Assembly (NCBI RefSeq): GCF_009914755.1
Contig: NC_060946.1
DNA: 64,000 bases
Reading direction: 5' to 3' (one strand)
Source: the human T2T-CHM13v2.0 reference genome, Homo sapiens
Position numbers and translations under genes: made by a program
Notes under the pieces: generated by a model
The model's input: only the letters and a program-made list of their open reading frames with translations
Told to the model about the DNA's origin: nothing
Database searches by the model: none
Shown: positions 25,691-47,249 of the stretch, in pieces
Position numbering within the stretch: the first letter of the stretch is position 1
Layout of the letters: the number at the start of each line of letters is the position of its first letter

Positions 25691-28600
25691 CCTGCGATAT
25701 GTGTAGCAACTTCACACTTCACCCCCCCGCCGGATATTATGGCCAATATCAGAGTGGAGTGTGCACCCCCTGCAATATGGGGAGTGATATCATCCTCTCC
25801 CCACTGGATGTTATGGACAATATCACAGGAGGTTTACTTTCTCTGGGTTATGGGGAAAAATATCCTCCTGTCCCCGCCTGGATGTTAGACATATTTAGAG
25901 GGGGGTGTCCACCCCCTGTGATATGGGGAGTAGTAATATACTCTCCTGCCCTGGATGTTATGGACAATATATAGGGAGATATACAATCCCTTCGATATGG
26001 GGAGTAATATCATCCTCTTCCCCCTAAACGTTACGAACAGTATCACAGGGGGGTGTACACCCCCTGCAATATCTGGAGTAGTATCATCCCCTTCTTCCCT
26101 AAATGTTACAGAGACTATCACAGGGGTGTGTACACCTTCTGAAACATGGGAATAATATTCTCTTCCCCTCTGGATGTTATTATGGACAACATTACAGCCG
26201 TGTGCACCCTCTATGATATGCAGAGTAATATCATCCTCTCCCCCCTGGATGTAAGTGATAATACCACAAACGGGTTTACATCCCCTGTGATATGGGGAGT
26301 AATATCATCCTCTTTCCCACTGGATATTAACAATATCACTTGGGGTGTACAACCCCTGTGATATTCGGGATAATATCTTCTAATCCACTGAAAATTATAA
26401 ACAATATCACCAGTGTACACTCCCTGTGATATTGGAAGTAATATCATCCTCTAATCCCCTAAAATTATGAACAGTATCACAGGGGAGTGTATACTTCCTA
26501 CTATATTGGGAGTAATATCATCCTGTCGTCTTCTAAATATTATGAACAATATTACAGGGGATGTAACACTCCCTGCGATATGTGGAGTAATATCATCCTC
26601 TCCTTCCCTAAATATTGTGAACAATATCACAGGAGGTTGTACACAATCTGCGATATTGTTTGTAGTATCCAGTGGGAAAGAGGATGCTATTACTCCCCAT
26701 ATCACAGGGGGTGTACACCCCCACTGTGATATATTCAATAACATCCAGAAGTAATATTACTGACAAAATTGCAGGGGGGTGTAAACCCCACCTGTGATAC
26801 CGTTCCTAATATCCCGGGGAAGAGAGGATGATATTATTCCCAATATTGCAGGGGTTGTACACCCACCCTATGATATTGTTATTAATACCCAGGAGGGGAG
26901 ACAATGGTATTACTCACAGTATCAAAGAGGTTGTACAGCCCCCCTGTGATAGTTTCTAATATCCAGGGGGTGTATACCACCCTTGTGATATTGTTTCTAA
27001 TATGTAGGGGGAAGGACAATGATATTACTGTCCGTATCACAGGGGGTGTACAACAAGCCCCCCGGGATATCATTCCTAATATCCATGGGAAGAAAGAATA
27101 TTATAATATCACAGAAGTTGTACACCCCCTCTGTGATATTGTTCCTAATATCAAAGACAGAAGGGTATGATGTTCTTCCCAAAATCACAGGAAGTGTATA
27201 CACACCCTGTGCTATTTTTCCTAATATCGAGAGTGAGAGACAATGATACTTCCAATATCGTAAGGAGTGTACACTCTCCCCGTGATACCAGGTGGGGAAA
27301 TGTTGATATTACTCCAAATGTCACAGTGGGTGTACACACGTTTTGCGATATTGTTCCTAATAGCAAGTGGGGAGGAGGATTGTATTACTCCCACCATATT
27401 ACTCCCCACACCCCATTATACTGTTCTTAATATCCAGATTTGGAGAGGATGATATTACTCCCAAAATCTCAGGAGGTGTAGACCTCTTCTGTGATACTGT
27501 TTCTTATATCCAGGGGAAGACTAGATGATAGTACTCCCAACAGTGCAGGGTGTTACACGCCACCCCCCATGATATTGTCTCTAATATCAAGTTGGGGAGA
27601 GGGTGATATTGCTCCAAATAGTGTAAAGGGTGCACACCAGCACTGTGATATTATTCCTAGTATCCAGAGAAGGAGAGAATGGTATTATTTTTAATATCAC
27701 AGAGGGTGCACACCCCCCTTGTGATACTGCTCCTAACATCCAAGGGGTAGAGGATGAAATTACTCCCAATATCACAGTGGGTATACACCCCCCGTGGTAT
27801 TGTTCCTAATATCCAGGGGGTATAGGATGATAGTACTATAAATATCGCAAGGGGTGTACACCCCTTCTGATATTGTTACTAATATCCGTGGGGGGAGTCG
27901 ATGATATTACTTCCAATATCACAGGGCATGTACACCCCACTTGTGATATTGTTCCTAATATCCTGGGAGGAGACTACGATATTACTGGCAATATCGCAGG
28001 GTGTGTGCATTCCCGTGATATTGTTCCTAATGTCCAGCAAGGGAGAAAATATTACTCCCAATATGGCGGGGGTGTACACTTCCCATGCGATATTGTTCCT
28101 AATATCCATGGGGGAAAAGGATGATATTACTCTAAATGTCGCAGGAGGTGTAAACCGCCCCTGTGATATTGTTCTCAATATCCATGGGGGGAGAGAATGA
28201 TATTACTCCCAATATCACAGGTGGTGTACACCCCACCTGTTATATTATTCCTAATATCCAGATTGGGAGAGAATAATATTACAGGTAAAATAGCAGGGGG
28301 TGTACACTCCGCCTGTGATATTGTTCCTAATATTCCGGGGAAGAGTGGACAATATTACTCTCAATATCGCAGGATGTGTACACCCCCTTTGTGATATTGT
28401 TCCTAATATCCATAGGGGGAGAGGGTGATACCACTCCCAATAGTGCAGAAAAGGTACAGCCCTGCTGTGATATCATTCCTAATATCCAGAGGGGACAGGA
28501 TGATATTACTCCCAATATCACAGAGGGCATACACCCCTTCCCCATGATATTGTTCATAATACCCAGGGGGTAGAGGATGATATTACTCCCAATATCGCAG

Positions 28601-29543
28601 TGGGTGTACAACCACCCTGTGATATTGTTCCTAATATCCATGTGGAAAGGGTATAAAGTTACTCCCAATATCACAGGGGTTGTACAACCCCCTTGTGATA
28701 TTGTTCCTTATATTCGGGGGAGAGACAATGATATAGCTGTCCATATTGCAGGTGGTGTACAACCCCCTGGGAATTTGTTCCTAATATTCAGTGGGGAAGA
28801 TGATATTAATTAAAATGTCACGGGGGGTATACAACCCCTTTGTGATATTATTCCTAATATCCAGGGAAAGAAAGAATATTATTCCCAATATCGCAGGGGA
28901 TGTACACCCCTCTCTGACACTCTTTCTAATATCCCTGGGGGGAGTCTATAATATTACTGGCAATATCATAAGGAGTGTATACCCCCTGTTATATTGTTCC
29001 TTATGTCCAGCAAGGGAGAAAATATTAATCCCAATATGGAACAGGGTATACACACCCAAGAGGTATTGTTCCTAATATCCAGGGAGGGAAAGGATGATAT
29101 TACTCCCAATGTTGCAGTGGTGTATAACCCCCCGCGATATTGTTCCTAATATCTAGGTGGGGAAAGTACAGTATTATTCCCAATATAGCAGGGGTTGTAC
29201 ACCACCTTTGTGATATTGTTCTACATATCCATGGGGAAAGAAAATGATAGTACTCCCCAATATCACAGGTGGTGTACAACCCCTTGTGATACTGTTTCTA
29301 ATATCCATGTTGGGGGAGGATATTACTCCCAATATTGCACGTGTTGCACAGACCCCCTTTGATATTGCTTGCACTATGCAGGGTGTGGGGGGAGAGGATG
29401 ATATTGGGAGTAATATCACCCTCTCTCCCCGGATATTAAAAGCAACATTCAGGGTGGTCGACACTTCCTGCAATATTGAGTATAATATCCTCTCCCAACC
29501 TGGATATTAGGAACAATATCACAGGGGCATGTACACTCCCTTC
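25690..29543. repeat. SATR1/SATR2-type satellite, ~76-bp monomer with an internal palindrome; three orientation blocks
   Basis: The monomer 'gatattgttcctaatatccagggggagaggatgatattactcccaatatcgcagggggtgtacacccccctgt' starts at 28317, 28393, 28469, 28546 and 28621. Orientation switches at ~26640 and ~29403. Confidence 0.85.
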
Positions 29544-31575
29544 CTTTCACCATATACAAAAATCAACTCAAGATGGATGAAGGACTTATGTAAGACCCAA
29601 AACTATATAAACCCTAGAAGAAAACTTAGGAAATATCATTCTGGACATAGGCGCAGGCAAATATTTCATGATGAAGATTCCAAAAGCAATTGCAACAAGA
29701 AGAATTGACGAGTGGGACCTAATGAAACTAAAGAGCTTCAGCACAGCAAAAGAAACTATCAACAGAGAACACCCTACAGAACAGAAGAAAATATTTTCAA
29801 ATTACATATCTGAAAAAGGTCTAATACTTAGCATGTATAAAGAATCAATAAGCAAAAAACAAACCCACTACAAATAGGCAAAGAACATGAACCCCCACAT
29901 TCACCATCCTCAAGTCCATGTGCAACTTCTTTCTGGATGCTGGACAAGGACTTGGGTACCAAGAGAGCACTGAACGGGTTAACACTTAAGCCGTCTGTGG
30001 ATTCTTTTTTCAAAAGACAACGTATGTATGGCAAACAACCATGTGAAAAAATACTCAACATCACTAATCATCAGAAAATCAGAACCATGAGATACCATAT
30101 CACACCGGTCAGAATGGCTACAATTAAAAAATCAAAACATAACAGACGGTGCCGAGTTTGTGGAAAAAAGGGAATGCTTATACACTGCTGCTGGTGATAT
30201 AGAAAGGAGACAGGGAAATACTGGGTAGAAGAGAGTGGTTCCCTGGCAAAGCCCTGCCCACAAGCCTGGAAACCCATGGCCCTAAATGGGAACAGGCATT
30301 CCTGCTTTTGCACCCAAAAGTTGTCTTTCAGCTCACCATGCACCCCCTGTCCTGTACCCATATATGCCCCAGACCCCAGGCTCCAGAAGCAGACAAGCAG
30401 ATGAGGAGATGAACAGAAGAGCAGAATTGCAGAATGATGTGGAAGAAAGAAGAGAAGGAGCATCTGAATGCCAAGAGGAGTTTGGCTGGCAGTGGTTGGA
30501 GAGATCAGCCTCTGGATGGCAAAGCTCCCGGGGAAGATCATCTTCCCATTCCATCCCCTTTCCAGCTTCCCATCCATCCCATTGAGTGCCACCTCCACCA
30601 CTCAATAAAACCCCCACATTCACCATCCTCAAGTCTGTGTGCAACTTAATTCTTTCTGGATGCTGGACAAGGAACTGGGTACCAAGAGGGCACTGAACAG
30701 GTTAACACTTAAGCCGTCTGTGGATGGCAAAGCTAAAAGAGTGCACTGTAACACATGCCCACTTGGGCTGTGGGAGTCGCATGAACCCACCCCTAGACAG
30801 TACCATGGCCACTTGCCCTGCCTATTGCACCTGCCTGTCTGCATGCTTCCCTGCCCAGTAAGGGGTTTGACAGCACACACGGTGGCCAGACAAGCCACAC
30901 CCCTGTTGCACATCCTGCCAAGGGGAGTCAGGGAAGTCTCCAGTTTCATCAGGAATGTAAATTTGTTCAGCCATTGTGGAAAGCAGTTTGGAGATTTCTG
31001 AAATAACTTAAAACAGAACTACCATTCAACCCAGCAATCCCATTATTGGGTATATACCCAAATGAATATATATCATTCTGTCATAGACATATGCACGCAT
31101 ATTTTCATTATAACACTATTCACAATAGCAAAGACACGGAATCAACTTAGATGCCTGTTAACAGAAGACTGGATTAAAAAAATGCAGCGTACATACACCA
31201 TGGAATACTACACACCTATAAAATAGGATGAAATAATGTCTTTTGCAGCAACATGAATGGAGCTGGATACCATTATTCTAAGTGAATTAATGCAGGAACA
31301 GAAAACCAAACAAACACTGCATGTTCTCACTTATAAGTGGGGGCTAAACATTGAGTCCACATGGACACAGAGAAGGGAACAATAGACACAAGGTCTACTG
31401 TGGGTGGAGGGTGGGGGGAGAGTGAGGATCAAAAAACTCCCTATTAGATACTACGTTCACTACCTGGATGACTACGTAATCTGTACACCAAATCCCATTG
31501 ACACACATTTTACCCATATAATAAACCTGCACATGTACCCGCTGAACCTAAAATAAATGTTGGAAGGAAATAAAG
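29544..31575 (+). mobile_element. L1 (L1PB-type) ORF2 end and 3'UTR, interrupted by an LTR
   Basis: Runs from 'catatacaaaaatcaactcaagatgga' to 'cacatgtacccgctgaacctaaaataaa'. Confidence 0.9.
30195..30948 (+). mobile_element. Solo ERV1 LTR, MER50-like
   Basis: Starts 'tgatatagaaaggagacagggaaatactgggtagaagag', ends 'tttca', and has an internal aataaa. It splits L1 at 'tacactgctg..|..ggaatgtaaat'. Confidence 0.8.
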
Positions 31576-33406
31576 TTACAACCAACTCTTGTACTATTGT
31601 GAGGAAACAATCATATGTGTTGACAAAAAATCAGCTACTAATAGATTTATAATAGTATATATGTAGCAGAAAAATATCAGATATAACTTATATACCCAAA
31701 AGTATGACTTAAAAACAGCATGACAATCTTTATGATGGGATATTGTGCAACTACTAGAAGCATATTTTCAGAGATTATTTATTAACATATGATAATGACT
31801 ACATTGAGTGGTTTTTAGAAGCATGAATTGAAACCATGTATAAGCATGACTTTATTGAACTTATATATAACATTACACACACATTTACATAATTATAAAA
31901 TAAGTATGCTCATGTTCATAATATGTATTTATTTATATTCATATGTAAGGCCAATAGGAAGTAATCTCTGTATCTGAGTTATTATTTCATAAATAATTTA
32001 TGCTTGTTCTGTGAAAATAAAAACACTGCTATGGATCTTCCAAGTATCCTGAAAGGATACCGTTTATAATTAAACAATAACAATTTTAGAAATAATTATT
32101 TTAAATAAGGCTATGATAAATCTGGTTTCATTGCACACTTTAACTTTGGAACATTTCATGAAGCTTCCCTTGATCACGACTCTCATATTCAGGAGTTTTT
32201 TGAGATCAAAATGGGACAATCAGTATGAATCTATTTTTTAGACATGCAAATGGATAACTTTAAATAGCAGTAGCGATATAATCAGAGTGCACAGTTGCTC
32301 TGGGACAAAACTTGGAAATGAGCATATTTTTAGATTCTTAATGTTTTACACACTTTAGCATTCCACAGCACCATTACATACTCATTTTTCTACTAGAATA
32401 CCTTGGTAAAAATTCACAGTAGAGATCAGGCTTGTCCTTCATACATTAACTAATCAAGTAGGAAAGTGCAAATGAGAACACAGTGCCAAACATAGGCACC
32501 ACATGGAAACAAGCATGGAACTGCCAGGAAGCCATCTTTGTAGCTTTGTAGCCCAATTATATTTTTCCTAATGTATTGCACACAAAACTTGGGGGAAAAA
32601 AAAAGAGGCAGAGAGAAAACAGGTTATATCAGCCCTATCTCACAATCCACAAGTTCATCCTGTTAGAGGAGTAACTATGTAAAACAAATTTTATCTGTTG
32701 AATGTCCTATTTAGTTAATCGCAAAACTGTACGAGAACACACTTGTGACTTATTTAGCAGCTTGTTTGTTCGCTTTCCACTGGCTTCACAAATGTCCTTT
32801 GGAAATAGAATGTACATTTGGAACCTTGTACACCTTTTCTTTCTCCAGTACCCTCTTGTCACTTCCATCACTAAGGTGACAGAAGCAACTAGGGGCAATG
32901 CATATGTAGCACACCTGGGTCAGAGGTATCCTCCAGGGGAAGGATCAGACCTGCTTGAAAGCATGTCGTTGGAATTGGGAGGCTTCTAGTAGCTATAACA
33001 TAAGCACTGATGTTTACTCTTCCCTGCCCTCCACTTTGATCACTCTGGGAAACGTTTTTTTTCTTAAAAAATCAATTGTATTGAAACATAATTTACATAA
33101 AATAAATACTATTTTAAAGTGCACAGTTTGCTGAGTTTTGCCAGATGTAACCATCCAGGTGAATAAAATTGATTAAACTGATCTTTCAAATAATAAATTA
33201 ACTTTGCAATCTTGCTAGAAATTTAATTTGTTCACAGTTTATTATCCATTCTATGTACTGCTACATTCAATTGGTTATTATGTTTTAAGGACTTTTGAGT
33301 CTATGTTTATGAGGGATAAACATCAAAGTTGTATAATGCCTTTGTCTCGATTTGGAATCGGCAATACTGGGTTCATAAAATAAGATAGGAAATGTCCCTT
33401 TAAATT

Positions 33407-33715
<309 letters not shown>

Positions 33716-33760
33716 CTTAAATTCTATTTCTTAAAAAGATTCCGTTCAAGATTGATATTA

Positions 33761-34106
33761 TAGATACTCCTCAACTTACAATTGTCTTATGTCTTAATGA
33801 ACTCATCCTAAATTGAAAATATTGTAAGTCTAAAACGCATTTAATATATTTAACCTACTGAATATCATGACTTAGCCTCACCTACCTTAAACTTGCTCAG
33901 AACACTTACATTATCCTACAATTGGGCAAAATCATCTACCACAAGGCCCATTTTAAAATATTGAGTATCTCATGAAATTTGTTGAAAACTATACTGATAG
34001 TGAAAAACTGGTCATATTGATGCTCATCATTAACGTACACAGATGAAAGCACCATTATCAAGTAAGAAGAGCACAAGTCAAACCACTGTAAGTTGAGGAC
34101 TCTCTG
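33761..34106. mobile_element. Tigger4/MER46-type DNA transposon fossil
   Basis: Terminal inverted repeats 'agatactcctcaacttaca' and 'tgtaagttgaggactctctg', with flanking TA. Confidence 0.75.
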
Positions 34107-35373
34107 TACTTTCTTAAATGTTTGATAGAATTCACCTGAGAAAGCATGTAGCCTGTAATTATAGAAATCTTTTTAAATTAAAAAAATTCTTCAATACATA
34201 GAGAAGCTATTACTTTTTCTATTTCATTTTGCATTAGTTTTAAGAATTAGTTTTACAAATAATTTCCCATGTTATTTTAATTGTCAAATGTATTGGCCTA
34301 AAGTTTTCATAATTATATTGATGTCTGTAGGTTCTGTAGTTACATCCTCTATTTAATTCCCATTATCTACATTATGTAGCTTCTCTAATTTTTTTCGAGA
34401 TAATCTTGCTAGCCATTGTTTATTAAAAAAATTTTTTTCAAAGAACCAATTTGTGGGTATATTAATTAGCTCCACCTTTTGTTATTTGCTATGTTGTTGG
34501 TTTACATTTTTATCTTTATCATCTTCCTTCTTCTTAATTTGGATATACTTTGCTTATTTTTTAGCCTCTTAAAAAAGAACCTAAAGGTCATTGATTGAAG
34601 CCTTTTATTTTCAATATATTACATGTATAAATGTACCTTTAAGAAACGATTTATCTGCATCCCACATTTTATTAAGTTTTTAAAAAATTTTCTTTCAGTT
34701 TAAACTATTTTTTTTGTGTGTGAAACTTTTCTTGGCCAATGGGTTTTTCTGAAGTATTTTGTTTAATGTTCAAATGTTGGGGTGTTATTGTACATATCCT
34801 ACTGTTGTCCATCTCTGGTTCATGATACAATGCATGTTCTCCATTGCACTTAGATAACATGCCTCCATGTCTCTGGAGAATTCCTCAGTCTTTCTAAAAT
34901 GCTTTTGATGAATACTGGCAGTTATTTTGTAGAATGTCTCGCCTCAATTTCAGTTAGTCTGATGTTTTCTCACGGTTAGGACTAAAGTTATACATTTTGT
35001 CTAAGAATACCATAGAATTGATGTTTTGTCCTACTCAGTGCATCATATAAGAAATTACGTGAAGTTCATTTATCTTATTATTAGTAATGTTAACTTTGAT
35101 CACTTGGCTAAGTTGACATCTCCACTTTGAAGTTACTATTCTATAATTATCTTGTGGGAAGATACTTTCATATTATGCAAATATGTTCTTTCCCAACATA
35201 TATTCACCACTAATCTTAGCATTCCTCCAAGGTTCTTTCTTGCAACAATTATTACTATGATATTTGCAAAGTGATGATTCTTATATTTTATGTCTCCTAC
35301 ATTTAATGAAATCTTACTGTAATAAAATACTACCCACTCTCAATCTTTGGTTTATTATTTATGTCAATATGGA

Positions 35374-35665
35374 TTTTTTTTTTGAGTTGGAGTCTTGTTT
35401 TGTCATCCAGGCTGGTGTGCAATGGTGCGATTTCCGCTCACTGCACTTCCACCTTCCGGGATTCAAGCCATTCTCCTGCCTCAGCCTCCGGAGTAGCTGG
35501 GACTACAGGCATGTGCCACCATGCCCAGATAATTTTTGTATTTTTAGTAGAGGCAGGGATTCACCACATTGGTCAGGCTGGTCTCGAACTCCTGACCTCA
35601 AGTGATCTGCCCGCCTCTGCCTCCCAAAGGGCTGGGAATACAGGCATGAGCAACTGCACTCGGCC
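35374..35665 (-). mobile_element. AluSx-like
   Basis: Full Alu. Confidence 0.93.
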
Positions 35666-36989
35666 TGGATTAATTGAAAATTTTCTTCTGTAGATTGTAA
35701 TATATTACTATTGTTATCTATTTTATTGCCCCAATTTTCTCAAATTTGGCTATGGAAGTTTATTCAAAGTGGATCTGTTTCCCTTTCACATTTTCCCCAT
35801 TTTGTGAGCATTTCCTTACTTCCTAACATGACAAAATATTTCAAACTAATCTTGTATTTTCCCTGCCCAATCCTCATATCAAATATGTCCCCAAGGAGCC
35901 TTGGTTCCTTTAATTGGAGAATGGTGTTCTCATTGTTACTGGGATGATGTTGTTTCTAGGCCCTTTTGTTAGAGGAGCTAGAAAATATATGTATGTATAC
36001 TCACACATTTATACACATCTGTACTTATTTATACAATTATCCATCTGTACATATACTAAAAACAATGATTTCATGAAACTTTTGATCCCAATCCAACACT
36101 AGATAAAGACGATATAGGCCCATTTATTTGCAAATCAGCACATAAACATAGAAGAATTATTAACAATATAAGCTGTAGCTTATGCTAAATGTTGGTTGGA
36201 ACAGACAATAAGTTATGGAGAACTTCAGAGGACACTAAGGTTGGATGGGATTTTGGAAGTTGTACAGGTCAATGCCACTCCATCTATTGGCTGAGATTCA
36301 CTAGGTTAATACATGAACAAGAACAAAAATAACCTAGATCAGAAGTTAAAGATCATTTTATTGACTATCTGCCGTGTCTGTGCCATTGCAGTGTACTAGG
36401 TGCACTTACGAGTCCTCTACTTACAAACTGCTTCTCACAAAATATGAAACTCCAGGCAAAGGTTCAGACATACGACGTTTGTTTTTAAAATCTTTCTACA
36501 GCCTTGTATCCTTTTTCCTTTCCTTCCTTTTACCCTTTTTAAAATGTGTTATGAGTTTTATCTTAGACTAACATCATCTGTAATGTTGCTATACGCCAGT
36601 ATTCAGTTGCTGTGTTTGATGAATCATAAAATGGTGTAAAAGTTCAATTAGTGTACTTTTTAAATAAAGTATCTATGAATGCATCCAGCAAAATGTTTAT
36701 GATTTGAGTATTCACACAATATTACTTTTCTCTGGATCTAACAATAATGTGAAAACACAAAATGAATATAAAATATTAGCTAATAATAGATTTCAAAGTA
36801 TTGTACAAGTATGAAAAATATATGATATTGTTACTTTCATATATGTAAAACATTAATCATTTTTGTCAACATAAACATCATCTTTACACCTAAACTTGTA
36901 TTAATTCAATTAAGAGTTAATATAGTATCCTAAAGTCATCAAATATTCAAAAATAGGATGTATTCTGACTTGGAATATACATAAAATTA

Positions 36990-37358
<369 letters not shown>

Positions 37359-37990
37359 CTAATAATCCTGAGTTTGGTTTTCTTGGTTTTATTTTTTCAT
37401 TTAGTTTTGTTCACTTTGACCAGTGGGCTGGTGGTTCTTAGGTGCACCAAGGTTTTCATTTTTCAGTTCAAGATTTTAAAACCTTAATGTGGTAATTTCT
37501 CTAATTTTTTTGACATTTACGTCCCAGGTTGCAAGTTAAAATAAAATTCCCATTTTACTAAAGTCCTTGGTTTATTAATTATTTTATAATGACTTAATAT
37601 ATAATTTAAGAAGTAATGAGGGGTACTACATTTCAGAAATAAACACTGAAGAACATATTCATGGAACCAAACACCACCTGTTTCTCAAACACCTATTAAA
37701 ATAAAAATACATATAAATAATTTTTAAAAATAAACACTAAAAATAAAGTGAAAATGAAAAAATATATATCCAGGTTAAAAAAAAAAAACTACTTCAGTTA
37801 AACAATAAATACTTTCTGGGGGGACTCAACTCTACTGCAAAATTATTCGTTGTTTATTATAATCAATAATACAGGTAAAAGAATGAGTTTTTAAAAATGG
37901 AAAAATTGTAAAAAATAAAACGATATTAACAAATATTGGTATACTGGTGAAGGCCGGGCTCAGTGGCTGCTTTCCAAAGTGGTTACACCA

Positions 37991-42500
<4,510 letters not shown>

Positions 42501-42504
42501 TTCA

Positions 42505-42870
42505 TGTTCATTTCTTCTTGCTGCTGTTACAAACTACCCTACATTGAGTGGCTTAATACACCACAAATCTACTAACTAAGAGGTCTAGGGGCCAGAAGTC
42601 CAAAATAGGTCTAATAAGGCTAAAGTCAAGGTGCCAGCAGGACTGCATCCCTTCTGGAGGTTCTGGAGAGAATATGTTCCCTTGTCTTTCCCAGTTGCTA
42701 AAGCCACTGCTATTCTTTGGCTCATGGCTCCTAACTGCATCTTCAAAGCCAGAAGCAAAGCATATTCGAATCTCCCTCTGTGACCTGTGCTTCCATCATC
42801 AAATCTCCTTCAATTCGGACTCTCTTACCTCCCTCTTTCACTTATAAAGACCTCTTGTGATTGCTGGACA
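42505..42870 (-). mobile_element. MLT1-type MaLR LTR fragment
   Basis: 'gctgctgttacaaactacc..gtggcttaa..ggccagaagtccaaaat..aaggtgccagcagg'. Confidence 0.75.
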
Positions 42871-43153
42871 CAGAGGCCGTGGCTCACAACCATAATCCCA
42901 ACAGTTTAGGAGGTCAAAGCAGGAGAAACGCTTGAGGCCAAAACTTCAGGACCAGCCTGGGAAACACGGCGAGACCCCCTCAATTAAACAACAAAAAGAA
43001 ATAAGAAAAAATTAGCTGGGCATGGTAGTATGCATCTGTAGTTTCAGCTACTTGAGAGGTTGTGGTGAAAGGATCGCTTTAGCCCCAGAGTTCAAGACCA
43101 GCCTCGGCAATATAACAAGATCCCATCTCTACAAAAAAAAAATACAAAAATTA

Positions 43154-43243
<90 letters not shown>

Positions 43244-43319
43244 TTAGCTACAACACCATCACTGCACTCCAGATCGGGTGAAACAGAGACTCTGTGTTCA
43301 AAAGAAAAAGAAGAAATAC

Positions 43320-44810
<1,491 letters not shown>

Positions 44811-44959
44811 CAGAGGTGTTTGACCGTAACTACTATTCACGAAAAAGGTCTACTCATTAGAACTAAAAATCACAAAATTGTAAGTTCTACAAAAACAAAT
44901 CAACCTTATCTACCGCCCAGTCCTACTGAACTACAGAATGTGAGAACAGAAGGTCTGAC

Positions 44960-45077
44960 CATGGAGTCGAGAGCTGACAGGAATGTCACCACCATCCTGC
45001 TCTCCAAGGACTCCTCATCTTCAACAGACTCCTCATCTTCAATGGGCAGGGTGGAAACTGCAACTTGTGCCATGATC
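44960..45077 (-). pseudogene. GTF2IP: GTF2I/GTF2IRD2 first coding exon, copy 1 (GTF2IP-type fragment)
   Basis: ATG at 45073 gives [38 protein letters not shown]|gtcaga. GTF2I begins [33 protein letters not shown]. Confidence 0.9.
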
Positions 45078-45297
45078 CTTGCACAAGAAAAGTAGTAAGA
45101 AAATGAGTGGTAGAAATCCAGTGTCCTAAACTCACATCCGGAGCTGTGAGAGTTTTTTACTGGCTGGATAATTCACAGTTTTCTTGAATCAGGGGAAAAA
45201 TACGACTCAGAAAGTAGGAATTCGTTTTGCCCAAAACTCTCATCAGATACAGAATCCATCCACTAACTATCTAGTATTATTTCCATAAGTTAGATCA

Positions 45298-46130
<833 letters not shown>

Positions 46131-46877
46131 AAGAAGTTCCTCTTCTTACTTAGAAAACAGATCACAGGGCATCAAGTAACACGTAAAATCCTTTATAATA
46201 AGCAGTATTATTTTTGGAAAACCTTTCCTAATATTTTGGTATCAGCAAAAAGCCTCAGATTAATTTCAAACACTATAAAAATACAATACATAAACAGAAA
46301 ATATTAACTGTCAGCAAGGCTATAGAGAAATTGGAAGCTGTATGCATTGCTTTTTGGAATGTAAAATGGTACAGCCCACTGTGGAAAATGGTTTAGCAGC
46401 TCCTTAAAAATATGAAGCATAGAATTATATGATCCATCAACACCCTTTAAGCGTATATACCCAAAAGAACTGAGAGCAGGGACTCAAACAGGTATTTGTA
46501 CACCCGATTAACAGCAGCATTATTCACAGTGGCCAGAAGGTAGCCCAAACCTAATGCCCATCAGTAGGTGAATAGATAAAGAAAATGTAATATATACATA
46601 CACAGAGTATTATTCAGCCATAAAAAGAAAAATATCTGGCCAGATTCAGGGGCTTACACCTGTAATCCCAGTATTTTGGGAGGCCAAGGTGGGCAGGTCT
46701 CTTGAGCCCCATATTTTGAGACCAGACTGGACAACATGGCACTTTTGTTTAGAAGTGTTTGACCATAACTACTATTCCAGAAAAAGATCTACTCATTAGA
46801 ACTACAAATCATAAAATTATAAGTTCTACAAAAACAAATCAACCTTATCTACCACCCAGTTCTACCCAATTATATCA

Positions 46878-47063
<186 letters not shown>

Positions 47064-47249
47064 CTAAACTCACATCCAGAGCTGTGAGAGTTTCTCACCG
47101 GCTGCCAAATTGTTTTTTGGGTCAGAGAAAAAAATAAAACTTGGTAACCTGGTACTCCACTTGCCCCAAACTCTCTTCAGATAGAGAATCTATCCGCTAA
47201 CTTTCTATCTAGTATTATTTCCATGAAGTTACATCAATATCACTCCCAA

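Noticed and set aside
25690-29543. CRISPR-like array, or coding ORFs in the palindromic repeat
   Set aside because: This is primate DNA, the 'spacers' are themselves repeated, and there are no cas genes. The ORFs are satellite translations.
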